The position numbers were made by a program, and so were the translations under genes. Source: a virus (Duplodnaviria > Caudoviricetes). Taken from it: a DNA stretch of 64,000 nucleotides. This document shows, one piece after another, positions 16,000-24,811 of this stretch (position 1 is the stretch's first letter; each line of letters opens with the position of its first letter). The notes beneath the pieces are model-generated. The model did no database searches and was not told the origin of the DNA. It saw only the letters and a program-made list of their open reading frames with translations. The stretch lies in the IMG/VR virus record IMGVR_UViG_2519899535_000001, positions 3,526 through 67,525 of that record; one strand, 5' to 3'.

Positions 16000-17055
16000 A
16001 TGAGCCTTTTGTTCAGCAAAGACGAAATCCTGCTGGTGAACCGCAAGCTCGCGGCCCTCATCGGCCTCAATGAAGCCATCGTTCTGCAGCAGATCCACTA
16101 CTGGATCAAAAAGAAGGGCGGCGGGGTTGAGCACGCCGGTAGTCGCTGGGTTTTCAACTCCCTTGACCGCTGGCATGAACAGTTCCCCTTTTGGTCGCCT
16201 GACACCATCAAGCGCACCTTGGCCGCACTCAAAAACAAGGGTCTGGTGAAGGTCGAAAAACTGTCGGAAGTCGGCCGCGACCGGACCAACTACTACACCA
16301 TCGACTACGCGCAAATTGCACTGATGGAAGCGGGCAATTTGCACCAATGCATCGGTGCAAATTGCACCAATGGATCAGGGCAATCTGCACCGATGGATCA
16401 GGGCAAGTTGCACCAATCGATCAGTGCAAATTGCACCGATGACTGTATAGATACAAAGACTACAACAAAGACTACAACAAAGAATATTACGGCCAAGGCT
16501 GACGCCATGGCCGAGCCGATGCGGGTGACGGACAAGAAGGGTGTCGTCCACGAAATCCCCGCCGATCTGCGCTACCCCGGCAGCAAGACCAAAACCCACG
16601 ACGCATGGTGCGCCTACGCCATCGCGTACCGCACTCGCCACGGGGCATGGCCCGTCTGGAATGCCACCGTCGCCGGGCAGGTGTCCCAGTTCATCGACCG
16701 CGTGGGCGCCGAGCGTGCCCCCCGGGTGGCCTACCACTACGTTGCCAAGGTGCAGGAGCCTTTCGTGGTGAAGCAGATGCACCCCGTGAAGCTGCTGCTG
16801 TCGGACGCGGAGAAGTGGGCAACCCAGTGCCAGACCGGTGCAGCTGGGGCACCCGCAACGCCTGACGCGCCCACCGAGACATTCGCCCAGCGCGCTGCCC
16901 GCCAGCGCATGGAAGAGGCCGCGCCCGGGGTAGCCCGCAAGGCCCCCGGCGCTGAGAGCGGCTTTGAGGCGGCACAGCGCTTCATGGCCGGTGGGCCCGT
17001 CATCGACGTTCCGGCGCGCGAGGCCGCGCCGCGCATTGAAGGAGCAGCAGCATGA
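16000..17055 (+). CDS. Replication initiator (lambda O-like, wHTH)
   Basis: LAALIGLNEAIVLQQIHYW...WVFNS...FPFWS..TIKRTL..L...GLV; internal iterons. Confidence 0.9.
   Translation: MSLLFSKDEILLVNRKLAALIGLNEAIVLQQIHYWIKKKGGGVEHAGSRWVFNSLDRWHEQFPFWSPDTIKRTLAALKNKGLVKVEKLSEVGRDRTNYYTIDYAQIALMEAGNLHQCIGANCTNGSGQSAPMDQGKLHQSISANCTDDCIDTKTTTKTTTKNITAKADAMAEPMRVTDKKGVVHEIPADLRYPGSKTKTHDAWCAYAIAYRTRHGAWPVWNATVAGQVSQFIDRVGAERAPRVAYHYVAKVQEPFVVKQMHPVKLLLSDAEKWATQCQTGAAGAPATPDAPTETFAQRAARQRMEEAAPGVARKAPGAESGFEAAQRFMAGGPVIDVPAREAAPRIEGAAA
16332..16486. repeat. Replication origin: five ~23-bp iterons + A-rich 12-bp repeats
   Basis: RGKGCAANYTGCACCRATNNATC at 16332/16354/16377/16400/16423, then ACAACAAAGACT-type repeats. 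Confidence 0.9.
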
Positions 17056-17519
17056 CCAACCCCGATTTCATGGTCGTCATCGACGCGATTTTCGACAAGC
17101 TGGCCGTGCGCTACGGCCACGAGTGGCTGCGCCAGTGGGATGGCGTGGACATGGCATTCGTCAAGGCGGACTGGGCCGAGGAACTGAGCGGCTACGCCAA
17201 CAACCTGGAACCCTTGCGCTACGCGCTGCGCCACCTGCCCGAGCGCTGCCCCAATGTGGGCCAGCTCAAGAAGATCGCCAACCTCTGCCCCCCGCCCGTG
17301 TTCAAAGCGCTGCCAGTGCCGAAGGCTGATGAGGCGGTGGTGTCTGCGCAGGTGGCAAAGCAGCTGGAACTCAAGCAGGCGCTGGCGCCGAAGGCCGACG
17401 AGAAGGGCTGGGCCCGCGCATTGGTCACTCGCAGCGAAGCGGGCGAGAAGATCCCGCCCTACAGCCTGCAGTGCGCACGCCAGGCCTTGGGCCTGGAAGG
17501 ACGCCAGTCATGGCAGTGA
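17052..17519 (+). CDS. Putative helicase loader (P-like)
   Basis: Directly after initiator; IFDKLAVRYG..W..QW...WAEEL...PN..Q pattern. Confidence 0.6.
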   Translation: MTNPDFMVVIDAIFDKLAVRYGHEWLRQWDGVDMAFVKADWAEELSGYANNLEPLRYALRHLPERCPNVGQLKKIANLCPPPVFKALPVPKADEAVVSAQVAKQLELKQALAPKADEKGWARALVTRSEAGEKIPPYSLQCARQALGLEGRQSWQ

Positions 17520-18217
17520 CGAAGACGTTCCGCCGCGACCGCGTGCTGGCCAAGATTCAGCAGGGCCCCATTCGCTATGCCGATCTGGCGGGCTCCCACT
17601 CCTATGCGATCCGCAAGCGCCTGCGCCCCCTGATCGACCGCCTGGTGTCCGAAGGCTTGATCCGCGAAACCTACATCGACCGCTTCCCCTACTACGTGGC
17701 GGCCGATTGGGAGCTGACCGATGAGCAGCGCCTGGAAATCATGAAGGGGCGTTGCAAGCCTGTGCACGGATGCATGGTGTGGACCGGCTACGTGGACCCG
17801 AAGCGCGGCCCCATAGTGCGTTTTGGTGACGAGTCGCCCACCCCGGCGCGTCGTGCGGTATGGCAGATCAAGCGCGGCCCTCTGGGCTATCAGCAAACCG
17901 TGCGCATGCAGGCCGATTGCGAGCCCGACTGCATCGAATACACGCACATGAAGCTGGGGCGCCGCGAAGACCCAGCCAAGGGCAAGAACATTTCGGTGCT
18001 GCACCGCCAGCGGATTGCTCAGGCGCACCAGGTCACGCGCGGCAAGCTGGATTGGGAAAAGGTGCGCGTGATCCGCGCGAGCACCGAGTCCGATGCGGTG
18101 ATGGCCGAGCAGTTCGGTGTCAGCAAGGCCACCATCGGCCAAGTGCGCCGAGGTGAAACCTGGAAGGAGTTTGGCGGGCTCTTCACTTCGCTGCTGCCGG
18201 GGAGGGCTTTCGCATGA
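17510..18217 (+). CDS. wHTH + degenerate HNH + C-terminal HTH protein
   Basis: GCMVWTG...KLDWEKVRVIR...FGVSKATI..VRRGETW; HNH His/Asn not evident. Confidence 0.7.
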   Translation: MAVTKTFRRDRVLAKIQQGPIRYADLAGSHSYAIRKRLRPLIDRLVSEGLIRETYIDRFPYYVAADWELTDEQRLEIMKGRCKPVHGCMVWTGYVDPKRGPIVRFGDESPTPARRAVWQIKRGPLGYQQTVRMQADCEPDCIEYTHMKLGRREDPAKGKNISVLHRQRIAQAHQVTRGKLDWEKVRVIRASTESDAVMAEQFGVSKATIGQVRRGETWKEFGGLFTSLLPGRAFA

Positions 18218-18642
18218 GCCTGATCTTGGGTATGGACCCGGGCGCCAGCACAGGCGTTGCGCATTTCCTCGATGGCCAGCTCGTTCGCCTGGACACCATC
18301 ACGCCGGTGGAGATCGAGCGCACCATCCGCGAGGTGATGCCAGCGCGGGTGATCTTTGAGGACTCCCGCCTGGAGACGCGCGCCTGGAATGCGCGGACCA
18401 AGGGTGCCTACGGTGCCGCCCTGGCCACCGCTCGCAGCCTGGGCCAGGTCGATGCATGGTGCCGCCTCATCACCGAGGTGTGCGCCGAGCTGGACATTCC
18501 TGCCCACGGCGTGAGCCCGACCGCCAAGGGCGCGAAGCGCGGCGCGGAGAACTTCGCCATCTACACCGGCTGGACCGAGCGCAACAACCAGCACGAGCGT
18601 GACGCCGCCATGGTGGCGTGGCCATACCGGGGTGCGCGATGA
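18214..18642 (+). CDS. RuvC-like Holliday junction resolvase
   Basis: ILGMDPG..TGVA...VIFED...HERDAAM. Confidence 0.75.
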   Translation: MSLILGMDPGASTGVAHFLDGQLVRLDTITPVEIERTIREVMPARVIFEDSRLETRAWNARTKGAYGAALATARSLGQVDAWCRLITEVCAELDIPAHGVSPTAKGAKRGAENFAIYTGWTERNNQHERDAAMVAWPYRGAR

Positions 18643-18854
18643 CGCTGCGCTGCGCTTTCTGTAACCGCCCCATGCTGGCCGCCGCTGTGTTTGTCGGCGC
18701 CAATCCCATCGGGCCCACCTGCGCACGCAAGGCGGGACTGCTGGAGCTGGCGCGCAAGAAGGCGGGCGTGCTGCGCCTGGCCCGACCATGCACCAGCCCA
18801 CGCCGCCCGGACCCCCAGACGATGGATCTGTTCGCGGAGGTGGAGCGTGTCTGA
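18639..18854 (+). CDS. Small Zn-finger protein
   Basis: RCAFCNRPM...IGPTCARK. Confidence 0.7.
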   Translation: MTLRCAFCNRPMLAAAVFVGANPIGPTCARKAGLLELARKKAGVLRLARPCTSPRRPDPQTMDLFAEVERV

Positions 18855-19179
18855 GCCGGTGGACCCACAACGCGCCGTCGATTTCCTGATCGAGCACTCG
18901 CGCCAGTACGCCCAGGCCAAGGCCGACCGCGTGCATCTGGAGCACTTCCGCAAGAGCAAGAAGGCGCTGCTGATGAACGCCTGCCAGGAGAAAGCCGTGG
19001 CTGCCCGCGAGCAGTACGCCTACAGCCACCCCGAATACATCGCGCTGCTGGAAGGCCTGCGCGAGGCCGTGCGCGTGGAGGAGGCGCTGCGCTGGCGCCT
19101 CACCGCCGCCCAGCTGCGCGTGGAGGTGTGGCGCAGCGAGAACGCCAACAACCGCCGCTTGGAAGGAGCCACCCGGTGA
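18847..19179 (+). CDS. Conserved phage helical protein
   Basis: AREQYAYSHPEY..LL.GL..A...E..LRW..........WRSE.AN.R. Confidence 0.75.
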   Translation: MSEPVDPQRAVDFLIEHSRQYAQAKADRVHLEHFRKSKKALLMNACQEKAVAAREQYAYSHPEYIALLEGLREAVRVEEALRWRLTAAQLRVEVWRSENANNRRLEGATR

Positions 19180-19418
19180 AGCCTGCAACCCCATTCCAAA
19201 AGATGCGCGAACGCCGCATTGCGCGCGAGCAGCTGGCCCGTGAAGTGGCAATGGCCGAAGTCACGGCCGATCTGCGTGGGTGTGAAGTCAACTGGAGAGC
19301 CGCGCTTTTAGGTCTTGAGCCGCCCCACCGGTCAGCGAGCAACTACCAAGAGTGCTTGGAAGTGTTCGCCACTGCGCAGAAGAAAGTCAAACCGCAGCCC
19401 GTATGGAGGCGGATGTGA
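19176..19418 (+). CDS. Hypothetical protein
   Basis: GAAGGAG RBS, GTGA overlap. Confidence 0.55.
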   Translation: MKPATPFQKMRERRIAREQLAREVAMAEVTADLRGCEVNWRAALLGLEPPHRSASNYQECLEVFATAQKKVKPQPVWRRM

Positions 19419-19930
19419 AGCGATCCACCCCACTCAAGCGCACCGGCTTCAAAGCGCGGCCGCACGTCCCTAAAACAGATGCAAATCGGGAGCTAGCGCT
19501 TATGCATCGTGCGCAAGCAGCTATGAATTCTGTAGTGCCGCGCGCCGCCGTGATGGGCGGCAGCTGCACCGGCGCCAGCGTGCCCAAGGATGCGCCGCTG
19601 CGCAGCGAGAAGTTCCGCCGCGCAGTTGCCAGCCTGCCGTGCGCTCACTGCCACATCGCAGGCTACAGCCAACACGCCCACGAGAACGAAGGCAAGGGCA
19701 AGGGCGTGAAGCTGGACGACCGGCGCGCCATGCCGTTGTGCTGTGCACGCCCAGGCATCGAGGGCTGCCACGCCGCTTTCGACCAATACCGCCTGGTTCC
19801 GGGTGGGCGCCAAGCCCACATCGAGCTGGGCCGCGCCATGGCCGCGCAAACGCGCCGCCAGCTCAACGAATTGGGCCTTTGGCCCGCAGGAATCCCGCAG
19901 TACCCCAACGACCGTCAAGGATCGCAATGA
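19415..19930 (+). CDS. DUF968/NinG-like Zn-binding putative nuclease
   Basis: LRSEKFRRAVASLPCAHC....QHAH...GKG.K.DD..AMPLC......CH..FD. Confidence 0.7.
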   Translation: MKRSTPLKRTGFKARPHVPKTDANRELALMHRAQAAMNSVVPRAAVMGGSCTGASVPKDAPLRSEKFRRAVASLPCAHCHIAGYSQHAHENEGKGKGVKLDDRRAMPLCCARPGIEGCHAAFDQYRLVPGGRQAHIELGRAMAAQTRRQLNELGLWPAGIPQYPNDRQGSQ

Positions 19931-20724
19931 AGACCATAAAGATGACGCCGCAGCAGTGGCATGCCGTTCTTCCAAATCCACGGCAGCGCGATACCGAGGG
20001 CCGTGCCTCTCGTGCGCTCCACTTGCGCATACCGCAGCCGACCCACAGTACCGTGTTTGCAGCCGAATTGCCCGGTGGTGATCTTGTAAAGCTGGACGGG
20101 CACACGCGCGGCCACATGTGGGCCAATGGCATGGCCAGCCCTGCGCCGAGCGCCGTTGATGTGCATGTGATACCCGTCAAATCCATGTCCGAGGCCAAGG
20201 AGTTTTACAGCCACTACGACAGCGCAACGACTGTCGAAAAGGCCAGAGACAAGGTTTTCGGCGCCTATCGGGAGTGCTGCATTTCCCCGACAAGCGGACT
20301 CATCAAGTCTGGTCCCATCACATCCGCGCTCAAGAAGCTGGGTTCTGGCGACGTGTATTCACTGGTCAAACAGTGGAAGCATGAGCTTGAGGCGATTGAC
20401 TCGCTTGGAATCCCCGCCAAGAAGTTCTCTGCTGGAATGCTTTTGGGAGCCCTGATTTTTGTGCGGGTGCGCGGTGATCGGGGGCTGGAGTTTGTTTCCA
20501 TGGTTGCTGCCGATGCTGGCACGCGCACGGCCGAGGGCAGTGATGGTGTGGACGCGATATGTCGTCATGCCTACGGTCCGGGCGCAAAGGGCGGCGAGCT
20601 GGTTATCCGCGATACCGCAGGGCGCTTCATTTCTGCAGGAGAGGCCTGGATCGCTGGCCGTCGCTACAAGCAGACCGTGAAAGCCACCGACATCAAGGAC
20701 TACTTGGCCCGAGCCAAGCGCTAA
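19927..20724 (+). CDS. ParB/Srx-like (DGHTR motif) protein
   Basis: PNPRQRD...VKLDGHTRGHMW. Confidence 0.55.
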   Translation: MKTIKMTPQQWHAVLPNPRQRDTEGRASRALHLRIPQPTHSTVFAAELPGGDLVKLDGHTRGHMWANGMASPAPSAVDVHVIPVKSMSEAKEFYSHYDSATTVEKARDKVFGAYRECCISPTSGLIKSGPITSALKKLGSGDVYSLVKQWKHELEAIDSLGIPAKKFSAGMLLGALIFVRVRGDRGLEFVSMVAADAGTRTAEGSDGVDAICRHAYGPGAKGGELVIRDTAGRFISAGEAWIAGRRYKQTVKATDIKDYLARAKR

Positions 20725-20739
20725 CAAAGAAGAGGCCGC

Positions 20740-21342
20740 ATGACCGAAACCACCCAGCAACCGCCCACCACTGCAGAGCCCGTGTCCACCGAGCCGCCAA
20801 AGGCCATCCCGAGCACAGCGCGGGTGTACGGCGCTGTACGCGATCTGCGAAGTTTGGGCCAGATCGCCACGCGCGAGACGGTTGCCGAATTGACCAGCTT
20901 GAAGATGTCGGTGGTCGATGACCGCCTGCGTGCCCTGGTGGACGACGGCAAGCTCAAGCGTTTGCTGCGTGGCGTGTACGAGCTGGTGGAGGAATACCCG
21001 TCAACCCGCAACATCAGCAAGACGATCCTGGAGGGCGGGTACGTGATGATTGAAATCACGGGCCGCAAGGATGTGCCCGATGTCGTGCTGCACCTGACGC
21101 CCGACGAAGACCGCGCGCTGGCCGCTCTGTCCGTGGGCGCTGCGGGCCAAGCAATCCTCATCAACAGCACAAACCAGCACCTCTATCTGGCCACTGAGCT
21201 GGCGGCGAAGGTGGAGGCGCAGGGCCGCGAGCTGAAATCCATGCGCGACCTGCTGCAAGGGAAGCTGGATTCGCGCCAACGGGATCTGTTGGGCTTCACT
21301 GGCCCGGAGGACGCCGTATTTCGTGAAGGGAGCAAGGCATGA
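20740..21342 (+). CDS. wHTH protein, candidate late regulator
   Basis: ATRETVAELTSLKMSVVDDRLRALVDDGKLKRLLRGVY. Confidence 0.65.
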   Translation: MTETTQQPPTTAEPVSTEPPKAIPSTARVYGAVRDLRSLGQIATRETVAELTSLKMSVVDDRLRALVDDGKLKRLLRGVYELVEEYPSTRNISKTILEGGYVMIEITGRKDVPDVVLHLTPDEDRALAALSVGAAGQAILINSTNQHLYLATELAAKVEAQGRELKSMRDLLQGKLDSRQRDLLGFTGPEDAVFREGSKA

Positions 21343-22040
21343 ACACACTGATGACCCTCGCCAGCAAGCCGCTGACGATGAGCAGCCGCGAGATCGCCGT
21401 CCTGGTGGGCAAGGAGCATTTCCACGTCATGCGGGACATCCGCACCCTGCGCACTCAGCTGGGCGAACTGTTCGGCGGGTCCATCCAAACCTGGAGACAC
21501 CCCCAGAACGGGCAGACCTACGACGAGTTCGCCCTGGACAAGGACACCTGCCTCACCCTGCTGCTGGGCTACGACCCCGTAGCGCGGTTGAAGGTGGTCA
21601 AGCGCTGGCAGGAGCTGGAGGCGGGCGCCGTGCCCAAGAGTTTCGCCCAGGCCCTGCGCCTGGCTGCCGAGCAGCAGGAGCAGATCGAAATGCAGCAGGC
21701 CGCCCTGGCCGCCGCCCGCCCGAAGGTGGTCTACGCCGACGCCATGCTGAACGCTGATGGCACGGTCCTGGTGCGCGACGCGGCAAAGACCATCGGCGTG
21801 CCCGTGCGCAAGCTGGAGAAGGCGCTACGCCAGAAGGGCGTGATCCTGCCCGACAACTCCCCGGCCGCGCGCTACGTCACGCAGGGCTATTTCAAGGAGT
21901 CGCTGCACACCTTCGACACGAACACCCGGGGCCGCCAGCTTAGCCGCGTGGCGCGCGTGACCGGACGGGGCCTGGAGTTCCTGCGCCGTTTTGTGGAGCG
22001 CCACGCAGACTTGTTCGGGCAGAGCCGACGCCCAGCATAG
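21339..22040 (+). CDS. Rha + KilAC(ANT) antirepressor-type protein
   Basis: MSSREIA.LVGKEH.HVMRDIR; KSFAQALRLAAE; RPKV.YAD...V.DAAK. Confidence 0.9.
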   Translation: MNTLMTLASKPLTMSSREIAVLVGKEHFHVMRDIRTLRTQLGELFGGSIQTWRHPQNGQTYDEFALDKDTCLTLLLGYDPVARLKVVKRWQELEAGAVPKSFAQALRLAAEQQEQIEMQQAALAAARPKVVYADAMLNADGTVLVRDAAKTIGVPVRKLEKALRQKGVILPDNSPAARYVTQGYFKESLHTFDTNTRGRQLSRVARVTGRGLEFLRRFVERHADLFGQSRRPA

Positions 22041-22072
22041 GGTTAGGCCAATCGCCCATGCCCCGGAAGACT
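22037..22072 (+). promoter_or_regulatory. Late promoter motif 1 (terS)
   Basis: ATAGGGTT at 22037, AAGACT at +30. Confidence 0.7.
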
Positions 22073-22079
22073 CCCGGGC

Positions 22080-23090
22080 ATGGCCAAACCCCCAGCGGGC
22101 AAGAAGTCCGCGCCCCCCAGTAAGAAGACCCCCACCAAGCCTGCAGCCCCCAAGAAGGCCGCAGGCTCAGTCGCACCTGCGCGCAAAGCAGCACCAGCCA
22201 AGAAGGCGCCCGCAGCAAGCACCAAGCCTGCCAAGCCCGTAAAGGCCGCAGCACCACCCAAAGCCAAGGCGCCAGCCAAACCCCCGGCCAAGGCGGAATC
22301 GCCCCCCACAACCCCAGCACCCACCGACTCGGTACTGACCGACAAGCAGCAGCGCTTTGTCGATGAGTACATGGTGGACATGAACGCTACCCAGGCCGCC
22401 GTTCGGGCCGGATACAGCCCGCACACGGCTAATGAACAGGGCTCGCAGCTGTTAGCGAAACTTAGTATCCAGCGGGCTTTGAACGCCGCCCGCAAGGCGC
22501 AGCAAGAGCGCACCCAGATCACCGCCGATGGCGTCCTGCGCGAGGCGTGGAACATCGTCACGGCCGACACCCGCGAGCTGGTGGAGCTGAAAACCGGCTG
22601 CTGCCGCTGCTGCTATGGCGAGGGCCACAAGTGGCAGCGCACCGTGGGCGAAATGAACCGCGACCGCGAGAAGTGGGTGGAGAAGGGCAACAACCCCGCC
22701 GAGTTCGATGAGCAAGGCGGCATTGGCTTCAACCCACTGCGCGCCCCACATGCCGAGTGCCCCGAGTGCGGCGGCGACGGCCATGCGCGCGTGGTGCTCA
22801 AGGACACCCGCTACCTGAGCGAGAAGGCCATTGCGCTGTACGCAGGAGCCAAGCAGACCCAGTTCGGTATCGAGGTGAAGCTGCAGGACAAGTCGTCCTA
22901 TGCCGAGCGCCTGTTCCGCCACCTGGGCCTCTACGAGAAGGACAACGAGCAAAAGACCGATCCGCTCGCCACCCTGCTGCAGCGCATTGCATCGGGCAAC
23001 GGCAATGGGTTCAAGCCCGTGGTCGATGACCCAGAGCGCCCGGCCGCCAGCATGCCCATGCAGCCGGACGACCCCGACGACGGGAACTGA
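22080..23090 (+). CDS. terS: Terminase small subunit with K/A/P-rich N-tail and Cys-rich insert
   Basis: LTDKQQRFVDEYMVDMNATQAAVRAGYS..TA..QG..LL; CCRCC...CPECGGDG. Confidence 0.9.
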   Translation: MAKPPAGKKSAPPSKKTPTKPAAPKKAAGSVAPARKAAPAKKAPAASTKPAKPVKAAAPPKAKAPAKPPAKAESPPTTPAPTDSVLTDKQQRFVDEYMVDMNATQAAVRAGYSPHTANEQGSQLLAKLSIQRALNAARKAQQERTQITADGVLREAWNIVTADTRELVELKTGCCRCCYGEGHKWQRTVGEMNRDREKWVEKGNNPAEFDEQGGIGFNPLRAPHAECPECGGDGHARVVLKDTRYLSEKAIALYAGAKQTQFGIEVKLQDKSSYAERLFRHLGLYEKDNEQKTDPLATLLQRIASGNGNGFKPVVDDPERPAASMPMQPDDPDDGN

Positions 23091-23091
23091 C

Positions 23092-24801
23092 ATGGCGAAA
23101 GCTCCCCAGGTTCAGCACGAGGAAGAGGACGAGAACGTATGGGTTGCGGGCCCAGGCGATGAGTCGTCTGGCCTGGACACCAAGATCTGGCCGCATGAGC
23201 CGCGCGACCTCAAGCGTGTGCGCGTGCTGCCATCGGTGCGCATGCCCACCGACGCGGAGGAACTGGAGCGCTGCCTTGCCGACCCGGAGTGGCGCCTGTT
23301 CAGCGGCGCCCTGTACCAGATCATCATCAAGGGCGAGAACGACGAAGAGTCGTTCGTCAAGCCGTTCATACCCAACCGTGCGCAGCGCCGTTTCATCAAG
23401 CGCCTGTGGCACCGCAACATCATCTTGAAGGCCCGCCAACTGGGCTTCACGACCCTGATTGCCATCCTGTGGCTGGATCACGCCCTGTTCAACGGGAATC
23501 AGCGCTGCGGGATGATCGCCCAGGACCGGGAGACGGCTGAATCCATCTTCCGGGACAAGGTGATCTTTGCCTACGACCACCTGCCCGAGGAAATCCGCGA
23601 GCGCTTCCCACTGGCCCGCGCGAGCACGAAGGAGATCCGATTCGCGCACAACAACTCCAGCATGCGCGTGGCCACCAGCGTGCGGGGCGGCACGATCCAC
23701 CGGCTGCACGTGTCCGAGTTCGGGAAGATTTGCGCCAAGTTCCCGCACAAGGCCAAGGAGGTGATGACGGGCTCCATCCCTGCGGTGCCGTTGTCCGGCA
23801 TCCTGGTGATCGAGTCCACCGCCGAAGGGGCGAACGGTGAGTTCTACGAGCTGTGCACGCGGGCCGAGGCGCTGCACCACGCCCACCAGAGGCTCACGGA
23901 GCGGGACTACCGATTCCACTTCTATGCCTGGTGGCAGGAGCCCAGCTACCGCATGGACGCGAGCGCGGTGGTGGTGTCGGACGCCCTGCACAAATACTTC
24001 GATGACATCGAGGTGGAGGCCGGTACCACCCTGGACATGGAGCAGCGGGCCTGGTACGCGGCGACCCAGGCCGCCGACTTCCCGGGGCGCGAAGAGCGCA
24101 TGTGGCAGGAGTACCCATCCACCCCGCGCGAGGCCTTCCAGCAGTCCACCGAGGGCCACTACCTCACCAAGGCCATCACCGAGCTGACCAAGCGCGGCGG
24201 CATCACCGCCGTGCCGATGCTGGATCTGCCCGTTTACACGTTCTGGGACATCGGCAACAGCGACGGGTGCGCCATCTGGTTTGCCCAGCAGCTGCGCGGC
24301 GAAGACCGCTTCATCAACTACTACGAAGAGCACGACGAAGACCTGCGGCACTACGTGCGGCATCTGCAGGGCCTGGGCTACGTGTTCGGCAAGCACTTCC
24401 TGCCCCACGACGCGGACCACAAGCGCCTGGGCGACACCAACCGCAGCACCAAGCAGCAGCTGCAGCAGCTCATGCCGGGTCACAAGTTCGTGATCGTGCC
24501 CCGGGTTACGCAGCTCATCACCGGCGTGAACACGCTGCGCAAGCACATGCGCGGGGCCTGGTTCGACAAGGACGCCTGTGCCTTCGGCATGGAGCGCCTG
24601 CGCGGCTACCGCAAGAAATACAGCATGGCCCTGGCCAAGTTCCTGGACGAGCCAGACAAGAGCAACGGCTGCACCGAGGGCGCGGACGCGCTGCGCCAGT
24701 GGGCCCAGGCCAAGGAGTCGGGCCTGTACCAGCCATCCGACGACGGATACGGCACCGACGACGAATTTGTTATGCCGCCAGCACCCGACTGGCGCACATG
24801 A
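23092..24801 (+). CDS. terL: Terminase large subunit
   Basis: NIILKARQLGFTT (Walker A), LHVSEF (Walker B), FWDIG..D nuclease. Confidence 0.95.
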   Translation: MAKAPQVQHEEEDENVWVAGPGDESSGLDTKIWPHEPRDLKRVRVLPSVRMPTDAEELERCLADPEWRLFSGALYQIIIKGENDEESFVKPFIPNRAQRRFIKRLWHRNIILKARQLGFTTLIAILWLDHALFNGNQRCGMIAQDRETAESIFRDKVIFAYDHLPEEIRERFPLARASTKEIRFAHNNSSMRVATSVRGGTIHRLHVSEFGKICAKFPHKAKEVMTGSIPAVPLSGILVIESTAEGANGEFYELCTRAEALHHAHQRLTERDYRFHFYAWWQEPSYRMDASAVVVSDALHKYFDDIEVEAGTTLDMEQRAWYAATQAADFPGREERMWQEYPSTPREAFQQSTEGHYLTKAITELTKRGGITAVPMLDLPVYTFWDIGNSDGCAIWFAQQLRGEDRFINYYEEHDEDLRHYVRHLQGLGYVFGKHFLPHDADHKRLGDTNRSTKQQLQQLMPGHKFVIVPRVTQLITGVNTLRKHMRGAWFDKDACAFGMERLRGYRKKYSMALAKFLDEPDKSNGCTEGADALRQWAQAKESGLYQPSDDGYGTDDEFVMPPAPDWRT

Positions 24802-24811
24802 GGCGAAGACC

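Noticed and set aside
16332-16445. Periodic repeats as a possible CRISPR array
   Set aside because: No unique spacers, in-frame inside the initiator gene, no cas genes: these are iterons
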